DNA of 63,140 bases, filler included, from Octopus bimaculoides (Eukaryota), in assembly GCF_001194135.2 (NCBI RefSeq). It is 5 parts of 5 records of this genome, joined end to end, with 100 filler letters (N's around TTAATTAATTAA, not from the genome) between each part and the next. Parts side by side here need not be neighbours in the genome. Positions count along the whole stretch, not along the records: positions 37,432 to 63,140 come from NC_068995.1; 4 more parts are not named here. One strand, given 5' to 3'. The position numbers were made by a program, and so were the translations under genes. This document shows, in pieces, positions 51,200-63,104 of the stretch. Under the pieces are notes generated by a model. The model had not been told where the DNA came from and did not search any database. It saw only the letters and a list, made by a program, of their open reading frames with translations. Positions within the stretch are counted from its first letter, which is position 1; the number at the start of each line of letters is the position of its first letter.

Positions 51200-52620
51200 C
51201 TAATATCCCTATCTTTGAGTTCCCAAATATACTTACTTAATCTTGTCGAGTTAATTCTGTTTTTATTTCTAAAAGAATGTTGATGTGTGACTAGTCTACA
51301 TTTTATCTCATTTTGGGTAGCTCCTATATAACTCATTTTACTATACTGTGTTGTGGCTGTACATTGGTAAACTACATCCCTAATTTTACGGGAATTACCG
51401 AAGGCACAATTATCCCTATTTCTACAGTCATATAGATTGTGCTGTAGGGGGGAATTTCTTGCTAGTGGGGTAGGGTTAAGTCTATTGAGATTAAAGTGGT
51501 TATTTTGGTTCTGAGTGTATACTTTACAAAGATTGGGGTAGTGTTTATTGTTTTTATTTCTACTTATACTGCTGTCTTTGTTATTTTTGCTTCTATTTAA
51601 GTAGAAAATATCTAATTTTTTATTATTCAAGGAGGGTATAATGCTTGCTAAATTATGTGTAAGACCATAATCTATCCTAATTGTACTACTATTTATAAGT
51701 TTAGAATACCTATTATTCTTATCAAAATTTTTATTTATAACATTAAATAATTGCTTAGCTAAGTCAGTCCTTATTTGCGTTGCAAAAGGGAATATGCACC
51801 AGATCTTATCTCCCAATTTACCAGTAGTTTCTTCATGGTTAATGTGTTTATTGATATTATTTATCCTACATCCATTAACCCTCATTGTTCTACCCATTGT
51901 GTTACTGTCATTCTTATGCTTACTTACACTTTTTTTAAAATCTGATCCTATTAGTGTCATTAGCTGCGCTTTTTTACATCACTTAGGTGCATGGTCATGT
52001 GCAATAATGTTGTGGCTAACATATTCGTTATTACCACTATTCATTGCATGCTCTATAGCCCACATTCATAAGTGCCTTATCATACTTATCCTCATGTCTA
52101 TTAAATATGTCCACATTAGATGAGAGATAGGAAATCCTTTTGCTAATGCCACTTATTAAAGCCCTTTTTACTGATTGTAGATGGTTACTTTGATAGTTTA
52201 TATACTTTAAGTCAGAGTTAGGTTTCATAAAATGTTGGTATAAACCTGTATTTAAATCACAGTTAATGTCTGAGTAGTTGATAGAGTAGTTTTCATTCTC
52301 TATAGCAATGGAGAGGCTGAATCTATTAAAGAATTTATACAGATGTATATAAGAAAATGTGTGTCCTCTCTATATAGGCCTCCCTCAAGTTTAGGGTATT
52401 TTGTATAGATATTGTCTAAAAGGTAAATTCCCACTGAGTCAGGTGATCCCATGGTTATATCAAAGAAATCAAGGGTGTCCTTTCTAGCTCACAACTTATC
52501 AACATAGAAGATAAATTTTTGATTTACTGAAATTATTGCTGCTTCCATGAAGTTAAAACAATTACTTTGTGGCCAATAAGACCAACTCAAAGTGAGAAGA
52601 GGAAATAAGCTCAAAAATCA
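51200..52620 (-). mobile_element. Penelope-like retroelement remnant (RT C-terminus plus GIY-YIG)
   Basis: RDVVYQCTATTQYSKMSYIGATQNEIKCRLVTHQHSFRNKNRINSTRLSKYIWELKD (VVY...YIG). Upstream KYINYQSNHLQSVKRALISGISKRISYLSS is typical of the PLE RT thumb. Confidence 0.85.
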
Positions 52621-52901
52621 AAAGTTCTCCAGAACTGACATGTCAATGTATGACAATTATTGTGCTGATGATGTCTATTGAGGCAGAAACACATACCCAC
52701 AGCTGTCCTTTTATCTCCATTATCTGAACCAAATCAGACTGTTGTGTCTTTAATGACAATTTTGGAGAATTCTTGATTCTTGAGATTATCTCTCCACATT
52801 TGGAGTTATCAGCTACCACCGTCACATGACGTCCCTGAAAGCAGAAATAATTTCCAATATCTTGTATGACATTTAATATACCCTTAATCATCTTTGCTGT
52901 G

Positions 52902-52949
<48 letters not shown>

Positions 52950-52950
<1 letters not shown>

Positions 52951-53590
52951 AGTCATCATCACCATTTTTATATTCACTTTTCCATGCTTGCATGGGTTGG
53001 ACGGTCCTTTCCAACACAGTATTTCACCATCATCCCTTTGTGTGAGGGTCAACATTCTGAGGTCAGCCTTCCCTATTTCTGCCCATCTCTTCCTTAAGCC
53101 TTCCTCTTCTACAATCTATAAGAATCTACTGGCTCTTGCCTACTCATCTGTTATCATCCACATGCATCTCATGTCTGTACCACCTCAATCTACACCTGAT
53201 TCCGGTTATACCCAGTCTCAGCTCATCACTACCACATTATTCATACTAACATTACACATGCTGTCAATCATGCTCATTTAACTTCCCTCCAGCTTTTGCA
53301 TCTCCTCTGTCTTTTGCTGTTCTCATTTCCCAATCATGATGTGTCACACCTTTTAGAAAACTAGCAAACAATTTACTCTTTGTTTACAGAGACAATCACC
53401 CTTTCTCCAGTGGAATAATTCCCTGAATGACTCCAGCTTCATCAAGCAGGAACAAGAAATGAAGGGAAGTGAAACTCTTGGTTTTATGCATTGCTTCCAT
53501 GTTTGGAATTTCTTCTTTAAGTCTTTTATAGATTCTACTCTAAGGACTAACTTGAATATGCTGTTAAGCAAAACTTAAGGTCTTCAATCA
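52950..53590 (-). mobile_element. RTE-type LINE 3' fragment
   Basis: Reverse complement carries RLRWYRHEMHMDD-like RT C-terminal words and the CCAACCCATGCAAGCATGGAAA-GATGATG tail. Confidence 0.65.
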
Positions 53591-53984
53591 ACATCAACTC
53601 TACAACATGACTCTACTCTGAATATTCAGTCACATCATCAGTAAATGTTCTGTTGTTCTTAAACTAGCTTCAAAATAACTGTCTGTCTGTCTTCTTGTAC
53701 ATATGTACGTATGTACGTATGTATGTATGTATGTATGTATGTATGTATGTATGCATGTATGTATGTACGTATGTATGTATGTATGTATGTACGCATGTAC
53801 ATATGTATGTACGCATGTACGTATGTATGTATGTAAGTATGTATGTATGTATATATGCATGTATATGTGAATGCACATATGTACACATGTACATGTAAAA
53901 CATATATAGTATACATGCATGCCTCTGTGTATGTGTGTGTGCGTGTGTGTGTGTGTTACAAATGTTTTCTTTGTTTCAATAATG

Positions 53985-54424
53985 TTTTTTTCAGTGAAAT
54001 ATAATTGTAAACGCCATCTGGTGAGAGTATCACAACAGCAGAGTATTTTATGGCAGGGTGTAATCAGTAAACGATAAGATTAGTTTACATGTTTAATGGC
54101 CGTCTTTCTTTACTTTTGTAGCAAAACTCTAAGTGGTAGGAATAGTTAGAGTGGACTGCATATATATGTGTGCGTGTGTGTGTGTGTGTATTATGTATAT
54201 ATATGTATATACACACACACAACTGTTTCTTCTGACTGTCTGTCTGTCTGTATGTATGTACATTGTGTGTGTGTGTGTGTGTGTGTNNNNNNNNNNNNNN
54301 NNNNNNNNNNNNNNNNNNNNNNNNNNNNNNNNNNNNNNNNNNNNNNNNNNNNNNNNNNNNNNNNNNNNNNNNNNNNNNNNNNNNNNNNNNNNNNNNNNNN
54401 NNNNNNNNNNNNNNNNNNNNNNNN

Positions 54425-54477
<53 letters not shown>

Positions 54478-54565
54478 CACTGATTACACCCAGCCATGAA
54501 ATGCTTTGCTGTTGTGGCATTCTCACCAGATGGTATTTACAATTATATTTCACTGAAAAAAAAAT
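53985..54565. repeat. Inverted repeat pair (about 53985-54067 and 54480-54565) enclosing microsatellites and a gap
   Basis: TTTTTTTCAGTGAAATATAATTGTAAACGCCATCTGGTGAGAGTATCACAACAGCAGAGTATTTTATGGCAGGGTGTAATCAG matches the reverse complement of the right arm. Confidence 0.85.
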
Positions 54566-55120
54566 TTGGAAGCAAAAGAAGCATATAATTGAAAAGTAAA
54601 CATACACACTCATACATATATACATCTATATGTGTTTTTATTTGCATTTCCTTATGTATGAGTGTGTGTATACACACACACACACACTTACACACACACA
54701 CACACAGATATACACACATATATACAGATATCTGTACACACACATTCATACACACACACACACTCTCACAAACCATCAATTCTGATTCTATCTACTTTCT
54801 TGTACCTTGAAGGTATGCCCCACCAACACCTCATCTGCACCTTATTTTCTCACTTTCCAGCTGCAGTCGCCATGTATCTCCACTACAGCAAAACACCTGT
54901 TCCTATCCCTCTGTCAATACCTGACAAAAACCCACCTCTCCCTACACTGCACCCCCACTCAGTCAAGGGCTCGTGATTGTGAGAATTTCTTGGTGGCCCC
55001 ACTGATGCTGGTGCCACAAAAAAAGCAATTAGTACATTGTAAAGTGATTAACGTTAGGAAGGCAAACAGCAGTAGAAACCATACCAAAGTAAACATTGGA
55101 ACTCAATGTAGTCCCCTAGT

Positions 55121-55372
55121 GGAGGCATGTGGCTTAGTGGTTAGAATGTTGGACTCATCACCATAAGACTGTGATTTCAATTCCTGGACCAGGCGATATG
55201 TTGTGTTCTTGAGCAAAACACTTCATTTCACATTGCTCCAGTCCACTCAGCTGGCAAAAATGAATAATCCTGCGACGGGCTGGCATCCCATCCAAGTGGG
55301 GAATTTATATATCAAGGAAACTGGGAAACTGGCCCTCATGAGTCGGCATGACTTGAAGAGGTGACCTTTACA
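55121..55372 (+). mobile_element. tRNA-derived SINE, third family, with CORE-like centre
   Basis: A-box TGGCTTAGTGG, degenerate B-box, and TGTGTTCTTGAGCAAAACACTTCATTTCACATTGCTCCAGTCCACTCAGCTG central segment. Confidence 0.7.
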
Positions 55373-55727
55373 CTTTTTTTGTTTAAATAGTTCCCTGGAC
55401 CATTGGAGCCTGTTGAATTGTCCAGCCCATTCCAGCATGAAATACAGATATTTAATGAAGTTGATAATGATAACCATTTGAATACATGTATGTGTATGTG
55501 TGTGTGTGTGTGCATGTGTATGTGTGTGCACGAGCATGTGTGAGATAAAGAGAGAGAGAGAGCGTGAATATATGTGTGCATGTATGTATATATATATGTG
55601 TGTAATTTTGGGGACTAATGGCTATATGTCTCAATTAGTGTGTTGAGTAAAGCACATTCATAGTGTGGCCTACCTGGTGTCATCCATAGTTGGGATCTAC
55701 TTCAGGAATTCTGCTGTATTAGTGGAG

Positions 55728-55977
55728 ATAATAATAATCGACAAATGAAGTGGAAGATGGATTTGGCATTAGTTTTTATTTGGTATGATGATCGCTTCAG
55801 CACCTCCTGCGACTGTCCTTTATGGATGTGACCCAAACTGCAATGATCGATGCAACTCAATTGGATGCACAACATCCTGCCTATGAAGGATAGTCACAGG
55901 AGGGGTTGAAACAATTATCATACTGAATAAGACTAATGCTAAATCCATCTTCCGCTGCATTCATCGATTATTATTAT
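55728..55977. repeat. Fold-back element, about 100-bp inverted arms around a ~55-bp spacer
   Basis: The left arm ATAATAATAATCGACAAATGAAGTGGAAGATGGATTTGGCATTAG...GACTGTCCTTTATGG aligns to the reverse complement of 55880-55977. Confidence 0.85.
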
Positions 55978-55987
55978 AATTATTATT

Positions 55988-56030
<43 letters not shown>

Positions 56031-56657
56031 NNNNNNNNNNNNNNNNNNNNNNNNNNNNNNNNNNNNNNNNNNNNNNNNNNNNNNNNNNNNNNNNNNNNNN
56101 NNNNNNNNNNNNNNNNNNNNNNNNNNNNNNNNNNNNNNNNNNNNNNNNNNNNNNNNNNNNNNNNNNNNNNNNNNNNNNNNNNNNNNNNNNNNNNNNNNNN
56201 NNNNNNNNNNNNNNNNNNNNNNNNNNNNNNNNNNNNNNNNNNNNNNNNNNNNNNNNNNNNNNNNNNNNNNNNNNNNNNNNNNNNNNNNNNNNNNNNNNNN
56301 NNNNNNNNNNNNNNNNNNNNNNNNNNNNNNNNNNNNNNNNNNNNNNNNNNNNNNNNNNNNNNNNNNNNNNNNNNNNNNNNNNNNNNNNNNNNNNNNNNNN
56401 NNNNNNNNNNNNNNNNNNNNNNNNNNNNNNNNNNNNNNNNNNNNNNNNNNNNNNNNNNNNNNNNNNNNNNNNNNNNNNNNNNNNNNNNNNNNNNNNNNNN
56501 NNNNNNNNNNNNNNNNNNNNNNNNNNNNNNNNNNNNNNNNNNNNNNNNNNNNNNNNNNNNNNNNNNNNNNNNNNNNNNNNNNNNNNNNNNNNNNNNNNNN
56601 NNNNNNNNNNNNNNNNNNNNNNNNNNNNNNNNNNNNNNNNNTATATATACAGAGCAA

Positions 56658-57480
56658 ATAATTCACGGGTAAAAATAATCCACAGGAAAATAATTTGAGA
56701 AGATATCATTGATTCTATTATTATCTAGTGTAACAATTTAAAAATGATAACAGAATCAATAATATAGGTGATTGCAGCTCCAAAAAAATGCATTAAATAG
56801 CTGAAGGATTAAAATTAATCAAAGGACATATTAAGTATGTCTATCTGCTGGAAATAACAGTCAAAACTCTTATTTAAATTGCCAAAATACACTGATAATA
56901 ACTACAGAAATCAACTGTCCAAAGGCAAACAGGCTAAGACAATCTCTCAGCATACATTCAAGCATTTGGACTCACATGGACCGGTTTCTGGACTGGCATA
57001 ATAGCCTCACCTTCCTCAGCACATGTTACCAGGATAGAGAGCCCCTACCCGTCATGTTGAAGTCTGTGCTGAAACTGATTCAGTTTACACTGAGTCATGG
57101 CAACCACCACTGTGAAAAAAATTTCAATATGAAGAAAATGATTCACGAAAAAAAATAATTCACGGAAAAATAATTTGTAAAGATATCATTGATTCTATTA
57201 TTATCTAGTGTAAACAATTTTTAAATGATAACAGAATCAACAATATAGGCGATTGCAGCTCCCAAAAAAAAGCATTAAATAGCTGGAGGATTAAAATTAA
57301 TCAAAGGACATATTAAGTATGTCTATCTGCTGGAAATAACAGTCAAAACTTATTTAAATCGCCAAAATACACTGATAATAACTACAGAAATCAACCGTCC
57401 AAAGGCAAATGGACTAAGACAATCTCTCAGCATACATTCAAGTACTGGGACTCACATGGACTGGTTTCTGGACTGGTATA
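56658..57480. repeat. Direct duplication of a ~340-bp block (about 56658-57000 and 57140-57480)
   Basis: Both copies run AAGATATCATTGATTCTATTATTATCTAGTG...GGTTTCTGGACTGG with scattered substitutions. Confidence 0.9.
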
Positions 57481-57558
57481 TATAAATGTGTGTGTGTGTG
57501 TGTGTGTATACATATATATGAATATATATATGTGTGTGTATATATGTATATATACATT

Positions 57559-58232
57559 CATGCTTCATGGACATGTGGTGAGAATGGACGAGGATAACTG
57601 CGTGAAAAAGTGCCACACCCTAACAGTTGAGGGAACCCATGGAAGACCTGGGCTGAAGTGGTGTGGCAAGACCTTCGAACATTGGGCCTCACCGAGGCAA
57701 TGACTTCTGACCAAGACCTTTGGAAATGTGCTGTGCGTGAGAAGACCCAGTAAGCCAAGTGAGACCTAAATCCAAGGCCTCTGCCAGGGGTGTAGCCAGC
57801 CCACTTATGTGTACCTTTCCTACATTGGACACGAAACTCAGCTTGCGAAGACTTATTGGGGCAAGCGAAAGCGAAATCAGGATGACACCTGTGCCCAGCG
57901 TCGCCTTTTTGGCACTTGTGCCCATGACATGTGTAAGGATTTTCGAGCAAGATCGTTGCCAGTACCCCTGGACTGGCTCTTGTGCGGGTGGCACATAAAA
58001 TACACCATTTTGAGCGTGGCCGTTGCCAGTACCGCCTGACTGGCCTTCGTGCGGGTGACACGTAAAAGCACCCACTACACTCTCTGAGTGGTTGGCATTA
58101 GGAAGGGCATCCAGCTGTAGAAACTCTGCCAAATCAGATTGGAGCCTGGTGTTGCCATCCGGTTTCACCAGTCCTCAGTCAAATCGTCCAACCCATGCTA
58201 GCATGGAAAGCGGACGTTAAACGATGATGATG
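57559..58232 (+). mobile_element. RTE-clade LINE 3' end, same family as 44325
   Basis: HGHVVRMDEDNCVKKCHTLTVEG; shared 3' UTR and GATGATG tail. Confidence 0.9.
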
Positions 58233-58565
58233 TATGTATGTGTTGAACCTCACAGATGTCAAAAGACTCAGATCAAAAAAACCTGTCCCTCAATGAAAGT
58301 GAGGTATTAAAACATTATGTTTATGCCTATACACTTACAGGGGCCTGCCCTGCACCTGATCTGTCCCTGTCAAGCCTTCCCCACCTCTCATCTTCCTAAC
58401 ACCCATCCCTCCGCTCTTTTAGCTTTGGCACTATTCAGCTGGTCTAATTATAAGAGAACAGAATCTGCACCTATTTCATCCCTTTTGTACCACCAGTTAC
58501 CTCCCCTCTCTCTTAAACCACTTCTTTTTAAAATACATTCCTCATTCTCAATATCACCCCTTTCG

Positions 58566-58622
<57 letters not shown>

Positions 58623-58716
58623 CTACTATCATTCTCCATACATCCTTCCCTCTCTCTTTTGCCCCAACTCTCCCCACCTCACACATCACCTCCATATTTT
58701 CTGAAGAATTTTAGTC

Positions 58717-58880
58717 AAACTTGTCGACCCCAGGACTCATAATTCTTGGTACTTATTCTGTCAGTCTTTTTTGCTGAATTATCAAGTTACAGGGACATAA
58801 ACACGCAAACACTGGTTGTGAAGTGGTGTTGGAGACAGATACATACACAAAGACACACACACACATCAATATATATACAT
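58717..58880 (-). mobile_element. SINE family A, partial, CpG-decayed
   Basis: Middle segment of family A next to the 3' end of the mariner remnant. Confidence 0.7.
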
Positions 58881-58925
58881 ATGCTTCTTTTATTTTTCAA
58901 ATGTAAGAAAAACAAAGTTCTTTTT

Positions 58926-60112
58926 TAATCTAAAATATACTCTCCTTCATTTTCTACAATGTTCTTCCATCTATCTGGTAGACTTGCAAGGCACCTCTTC
59001 TGAAATTCACTTGTTCATGATGAAAAAGACTCCTCCAGTACTGTTCTGACCTTGTCTACAGAATCCATATTTTTTTCCATCCAAATGATTTTGGAGACTG
59101 CAAAATAAATGATAATCAGAGGAGGGCAATGTTTAGTGAATATGGTAGGTGGGGCATCGTTTCTTGTTCAAACTGCTCCAGCCTTTGGAATGTCATCCTC
59201 GCTGTAATTGGCCAAGCATTATTCTGATGGAAGAACACATTTTGTCTTGAAACCAAAGATGGTCGTTTTTCTTCTAGCGCTGACTTAAGCCACTCAAGCT
59301 GCTCACAGTAAATCTCCTTTGTTATCATTTGGTTTAGGTTTAAAAGTTCAAAGTGAACTAAACCTTTCATATCCCACCAAACAAATAACAACACCTAACA
59401 TGAGTGAAGACCTTCTTTAGCCTGGGGTGCCAGTGTTTCTCTTATCCCTACCTTATGTCTTCAGTGCGTAACATTTTTATAGAGAACCCATTTCTCATCT
59501 CCAGTCACTATTCTGTCCAAAAAAGGTCCATTTGTGAGATGTGACAGCAAAGAAGAGCACACATTCACTCTCTGCATGCGATTCGACTCGGAAAATTTGT
59601 GAGGAACCCATTGACCCAATTTGCTGACTTTTCCAATGGCACGCAGTTGTCAATGAATGGTTGAATGACCAAATTCAATTTGTTACAATGGGATTTTGTT
59701 CCACCAGGGTTTGCAGGACATCCTCATCAAGCTCTGCAGATCTTCCAGGACAAGGCTCATCTTCTAGGCTGTAGTTTCCCACTCAGAATTTCTGGAACCA
59801 CCATTGACACTGGCTTACACTTATTGTCCAATCCCCATATACTGCATCCCTCACACTTTCTGTTGTGTTGTTGCCTTTATTGAACTCATAAAGCAAAATA
59901 TGCCAAATATGCTCCTTTGTCACTTCCATTAAAGCTTTGAAAATATAACTGTTAAACTCGAACTGCATTCTTCAAAATTTGCATTAAGAATAAGGACAAG
60001 GTAAAATTACTACCTGTTTTTACAGCAAGTTAATGCAGGTAGTTTATCCCATCCCCTTTCAACTTTTAATTTATGCAATTGAAAAAACCGCATTATTTAT
60101 GGGATGATACCA
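58926..60112 (-). mobile_element. Decayed mariner (DD34D) transposon
   Basis: N-terminal HTH (MEVTKEHIWHILLYEFNKGNNTTESV), catalytic region (VWWDMKGLVHFELL; FHQNNAWP from HDNARP; PHLPYSLNIA from PYSPDLAP) and C-terminus (LPDRWKNIVE). A TIR-like sequence lies at about 60082-60112; the other TIR was not found. Many stops and frameshifts. Confidence 0.9.
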
Positions 60113-60386
60113 GTATCCCCTGCCTGGTCCCCATGTCGGTGGCACGTAAAAAATACTATCTGAACATGATCGATGCCAGGCCCGCCTGACTGGCTCCTGT
60201 GCCAGTGGGACGTAAAAAGCACCCACTACACTCTTGGAGTGGTTGGTGTTAGGGAGGGCATCCAGCTGTAGAAACATTGCCAGATCAGATTGGAGTCTGG
60301 TGCAGCCGCTGGCTCTCCAAACCTCAATCAAACTATCCAACCCATGCCAGCATGGAAAACAGACGTTAAACGATGATGATGATGAT
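60113..60386 (+). mobile_element. RTE-clade LINE, 3' UTR-only copy
   Basis: AAAAGCACCCACTACACTCTTGGAGTGG...CCAACCCATGCCAGCATGGAAAACAGACGTTAAACGATGATGATG. Confidence 0.85.
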
Positions 60387-60694
60387 ATATATGTACTAAA
60401 GCACTAAAGTTAAAGTCTGGTCTTAGAGTGACTAATGGTTTCACAGCCATGGAAGCCACAGCTTTGTGGGCAGCTTATCAGACTCTATACGAAGATAAAT
60501 TTAACTCTTCATCTCTCAGAGATGAAAAGTTGTTACAGTCAATTGGTCAAAAGATCAACAGAGGATAAAAGTTCTGGTGTTGGTGAGGACGGGTTATCTC
60601 CCCTAGACCAGTTAATAGTTGGAAAAGGGATCTATCTCCTGACCTGCTAACGGATTATAAGGACTCTTTTGAACTTAATCAGCGAACAGGGAAC

Positions 60695-61040
60695 CCCAGT
60701 TTTGCAGCAGGTGGTGCTTGAAATGAATATATTGTGAGAATATATCTTGGCATGTATTCAGCAAGCCAAGTCAAATTGAGTCTTTAAGTATTCTGGCTCA
60801 TTCAGCTATGCAGATGTTGATGTATGGGCCCAGCCACTGTATGATCTTCCACTTGATATCATATGGGGTCCTTTGATCTTTTGAGGCACCACACATGGCT
60901 GGCCAGAGATGTGACGAATTGTCTTTTTGGGACCCTGAAGGATGACTGGTGGTTGAAAGCTATGCTAGCCGATCCAATGTATTTCCAGGCTTGGTTACTG
61001 GCTGTGTTCACATTCCTGGCATGTCTCTGGTTGGCTCTGG
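60695..61040 (-). mobile_element. Penelope-like GIY-YIG remnant, frameshifted
   Basis: KYIGSASIAFNHQSSFRVPKRQFVTSLASHVWCLK / DQRTPYDIKWKIIQWLGPY...LLNTCQDIFSQYIHFKHHLLQNW; YIG codons at 60973-60981. Confidence 0.75.
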
Positions 61041-61529
61041 ACCTGGGATGTTGTTGCTGTCACCGGTGTTTCAGTTTCCATCACCAAATCCACACTGGTC
61101 AGTTTGAAGCACTTGCCCAAGGTTCCATTCACTACATGCACTACATGCACTCTACCCCCACACATTGCTTTCCACCACTCTCCTTTCACATGCTAATGAA
61201 CTTATCCACTTATCCTCCAATTCTTTGTCTGTACTCTCCTATACTCAACTTCTTGTAGCCTGAGAGTATGCTCTGACACCTTGTAACAACCATCATTGCC
61301 TTTTTTCTAGCTACTGTCACCCACCCTTATATAATGTGGGGCAGCCATATATCTTCCCTACAGCAAGACACCTGTACCCATCCCTCTATCATACTTTATA
61401 CTTGGCATAAAGCCATCTCTCACTCTTTACTACCCCAACCTCAATCAGTTGAGGGATCTTGCCTTGCAAATTACTTGGTGACCTCACTACTGCCAGTATC
61501 TTTGCCATGGTTTTCAAGAGGGGCCACGT

Positions 61530-62452
61530 TTCTGCTCCTTAGAAGAGAATGGAGAAAACATAATCCAGTGGCTCACTCACATCATCAACCAAGTATGGGT
61601 ATCAGAGCAACTCCCAAATGACTGGAGTCAGGGCATCATCCTCCTCTTCTGGAAACGGAAAGGCAACAAAACTTGTCTACAGCAACCACAGGTGCATCAC
61701 CCTCCTCTCCATCCTGGGTAAGCTCTTTACCAGGATTTTCTTCAATCACGCTCTTCCTGCCATTAGAAGCCGATGCCACCCACAACAAACCGGATTCATG
61801 CTGAATTGATCTACTACCAACCATATTTTTGCCCTACATCAAATCATTGAAAGATCTCAGGAGTTCCACAAAGGTTGCCACTTCTACACCATCTTCATCA
61901 ACCTGAAGGCAGCTTTCAACACCGTCAACGATGCACCCATCTGGAAAACTTTCAAGCTCATCAGTGCACCTCCCAAGATCTCTACCCTGTTTCAATGGCT
62001 CTATGGTAGTGCTGAGAGCTGCATGATGGTTTCCCATCAACAGCAGGGTCAGACAGGGCTGCATAACTACCTCTAACCTCTTCAACTGTGTTATCAATTA
62101 TGTGATGACCAAGGTTTGTGAGTGTTACCTTCAGGTAACACTCACAAACTCTGGTGTTACCTTCAGGAACTACCACCTAACTGACCTGGAGTATGCAGAC
62201 AACACCACCCTATTCAGCAACTCAATTGACTAGCTCTGAACGTTTTTCAGAGAAGAATCAGTAAAGCTAGGCTGACAGGTTGATTGGACAAAGACGAAGC
62301 TGATGCATGTCAGAGACAGCCCGGAACCTCCCCTTCTCCATACTGGCCCAGATGTCATGCAGTTTGTCAGCTCTTTCATTTACCTGGGCTCCATAGTCAC
62401 CAACAATGGTGACCTAACCCTGGAAATCAACTGCAGATGTGGTCTGGAAGAT
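61530..62452 (+). mobile_element. LINE reverse transcriptase remnant (RTE/CR1-like)
   Basis: PNDWSQGIIL; NHRCITLLSILGKLFTRI; QQTGF; FINLKAAFNTV; YADNTTLF; SSFIYLGSIV. Confidence 0.88.
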
Positions 62453-62796
62453 GAAGACAAAGCTCCACATCCACAACATTTATATACACACACATATATT
62501 CATACATAAATCAAACACACACACACTCTCTCTCTCACACATCATCATCATTTAACATTTACTTTAGCATGTTGCATGGGTCAGAAGGAATTTTGCTGAG
62601 GCAGATTTTCTATGGCAAGATGTCCTTTCAGTCATCAACCTTCACTTGTTTTCAGCTGTAAAGTAACATTTCTCCATAATTAGGTATATTTTCATGGAAG
62701 ACAAGAAGCAAACAAACTGCTTGTATGATGGTGAAGCTCATTTACAACCATCATGTGATATCAAGACAAGAGTACACATTCACACATGAATATATC

Positions 62797-62950
62797 TTTT
62801 ATCATTAGATTGCAGCTATGCTGGGGCACTACCTTCAAAAATTATAGTCAAACAAATCAACCCCAGTATTTATTTTTTTAAGCCTGGTGCTTATTCTATT
62901 GGTTTCTTTCACCAAACTGCTAAGTTATGAGGACGTACACACACTAATAC
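62797..62950 (-). mobile_element. SINE family A, 3' part, CpG-decayed
   Basis: GCAGCTATGCTGGGGCACTACC...CCAAACTGCTAAGTTATGAGGACG. Confidence 0.75.
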
Positions 62951-63104
62951 ATACGTGTGTATATAAACAAACATTTGATTTTTAGAAGTGTCGAATGCGT
63001 ATCATACAATACAGACAAGACTCATGGTTTTCGCTGGTATGCCTTTAATTTAATTAGATAACAAAGAAGGAGGAAGCAGAGATGAAGGTAGCATTTATAT
63101 GTAG

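Noticed and set aside
60440-61258. Protein-like plus-strand frames (MEATALWAAYQTLYEDKF... and the 131-aa ORF at 60863)
   Set aside because: They contain several stops or overlap the antisense of the Penelope remnant and a SINE head fragment.
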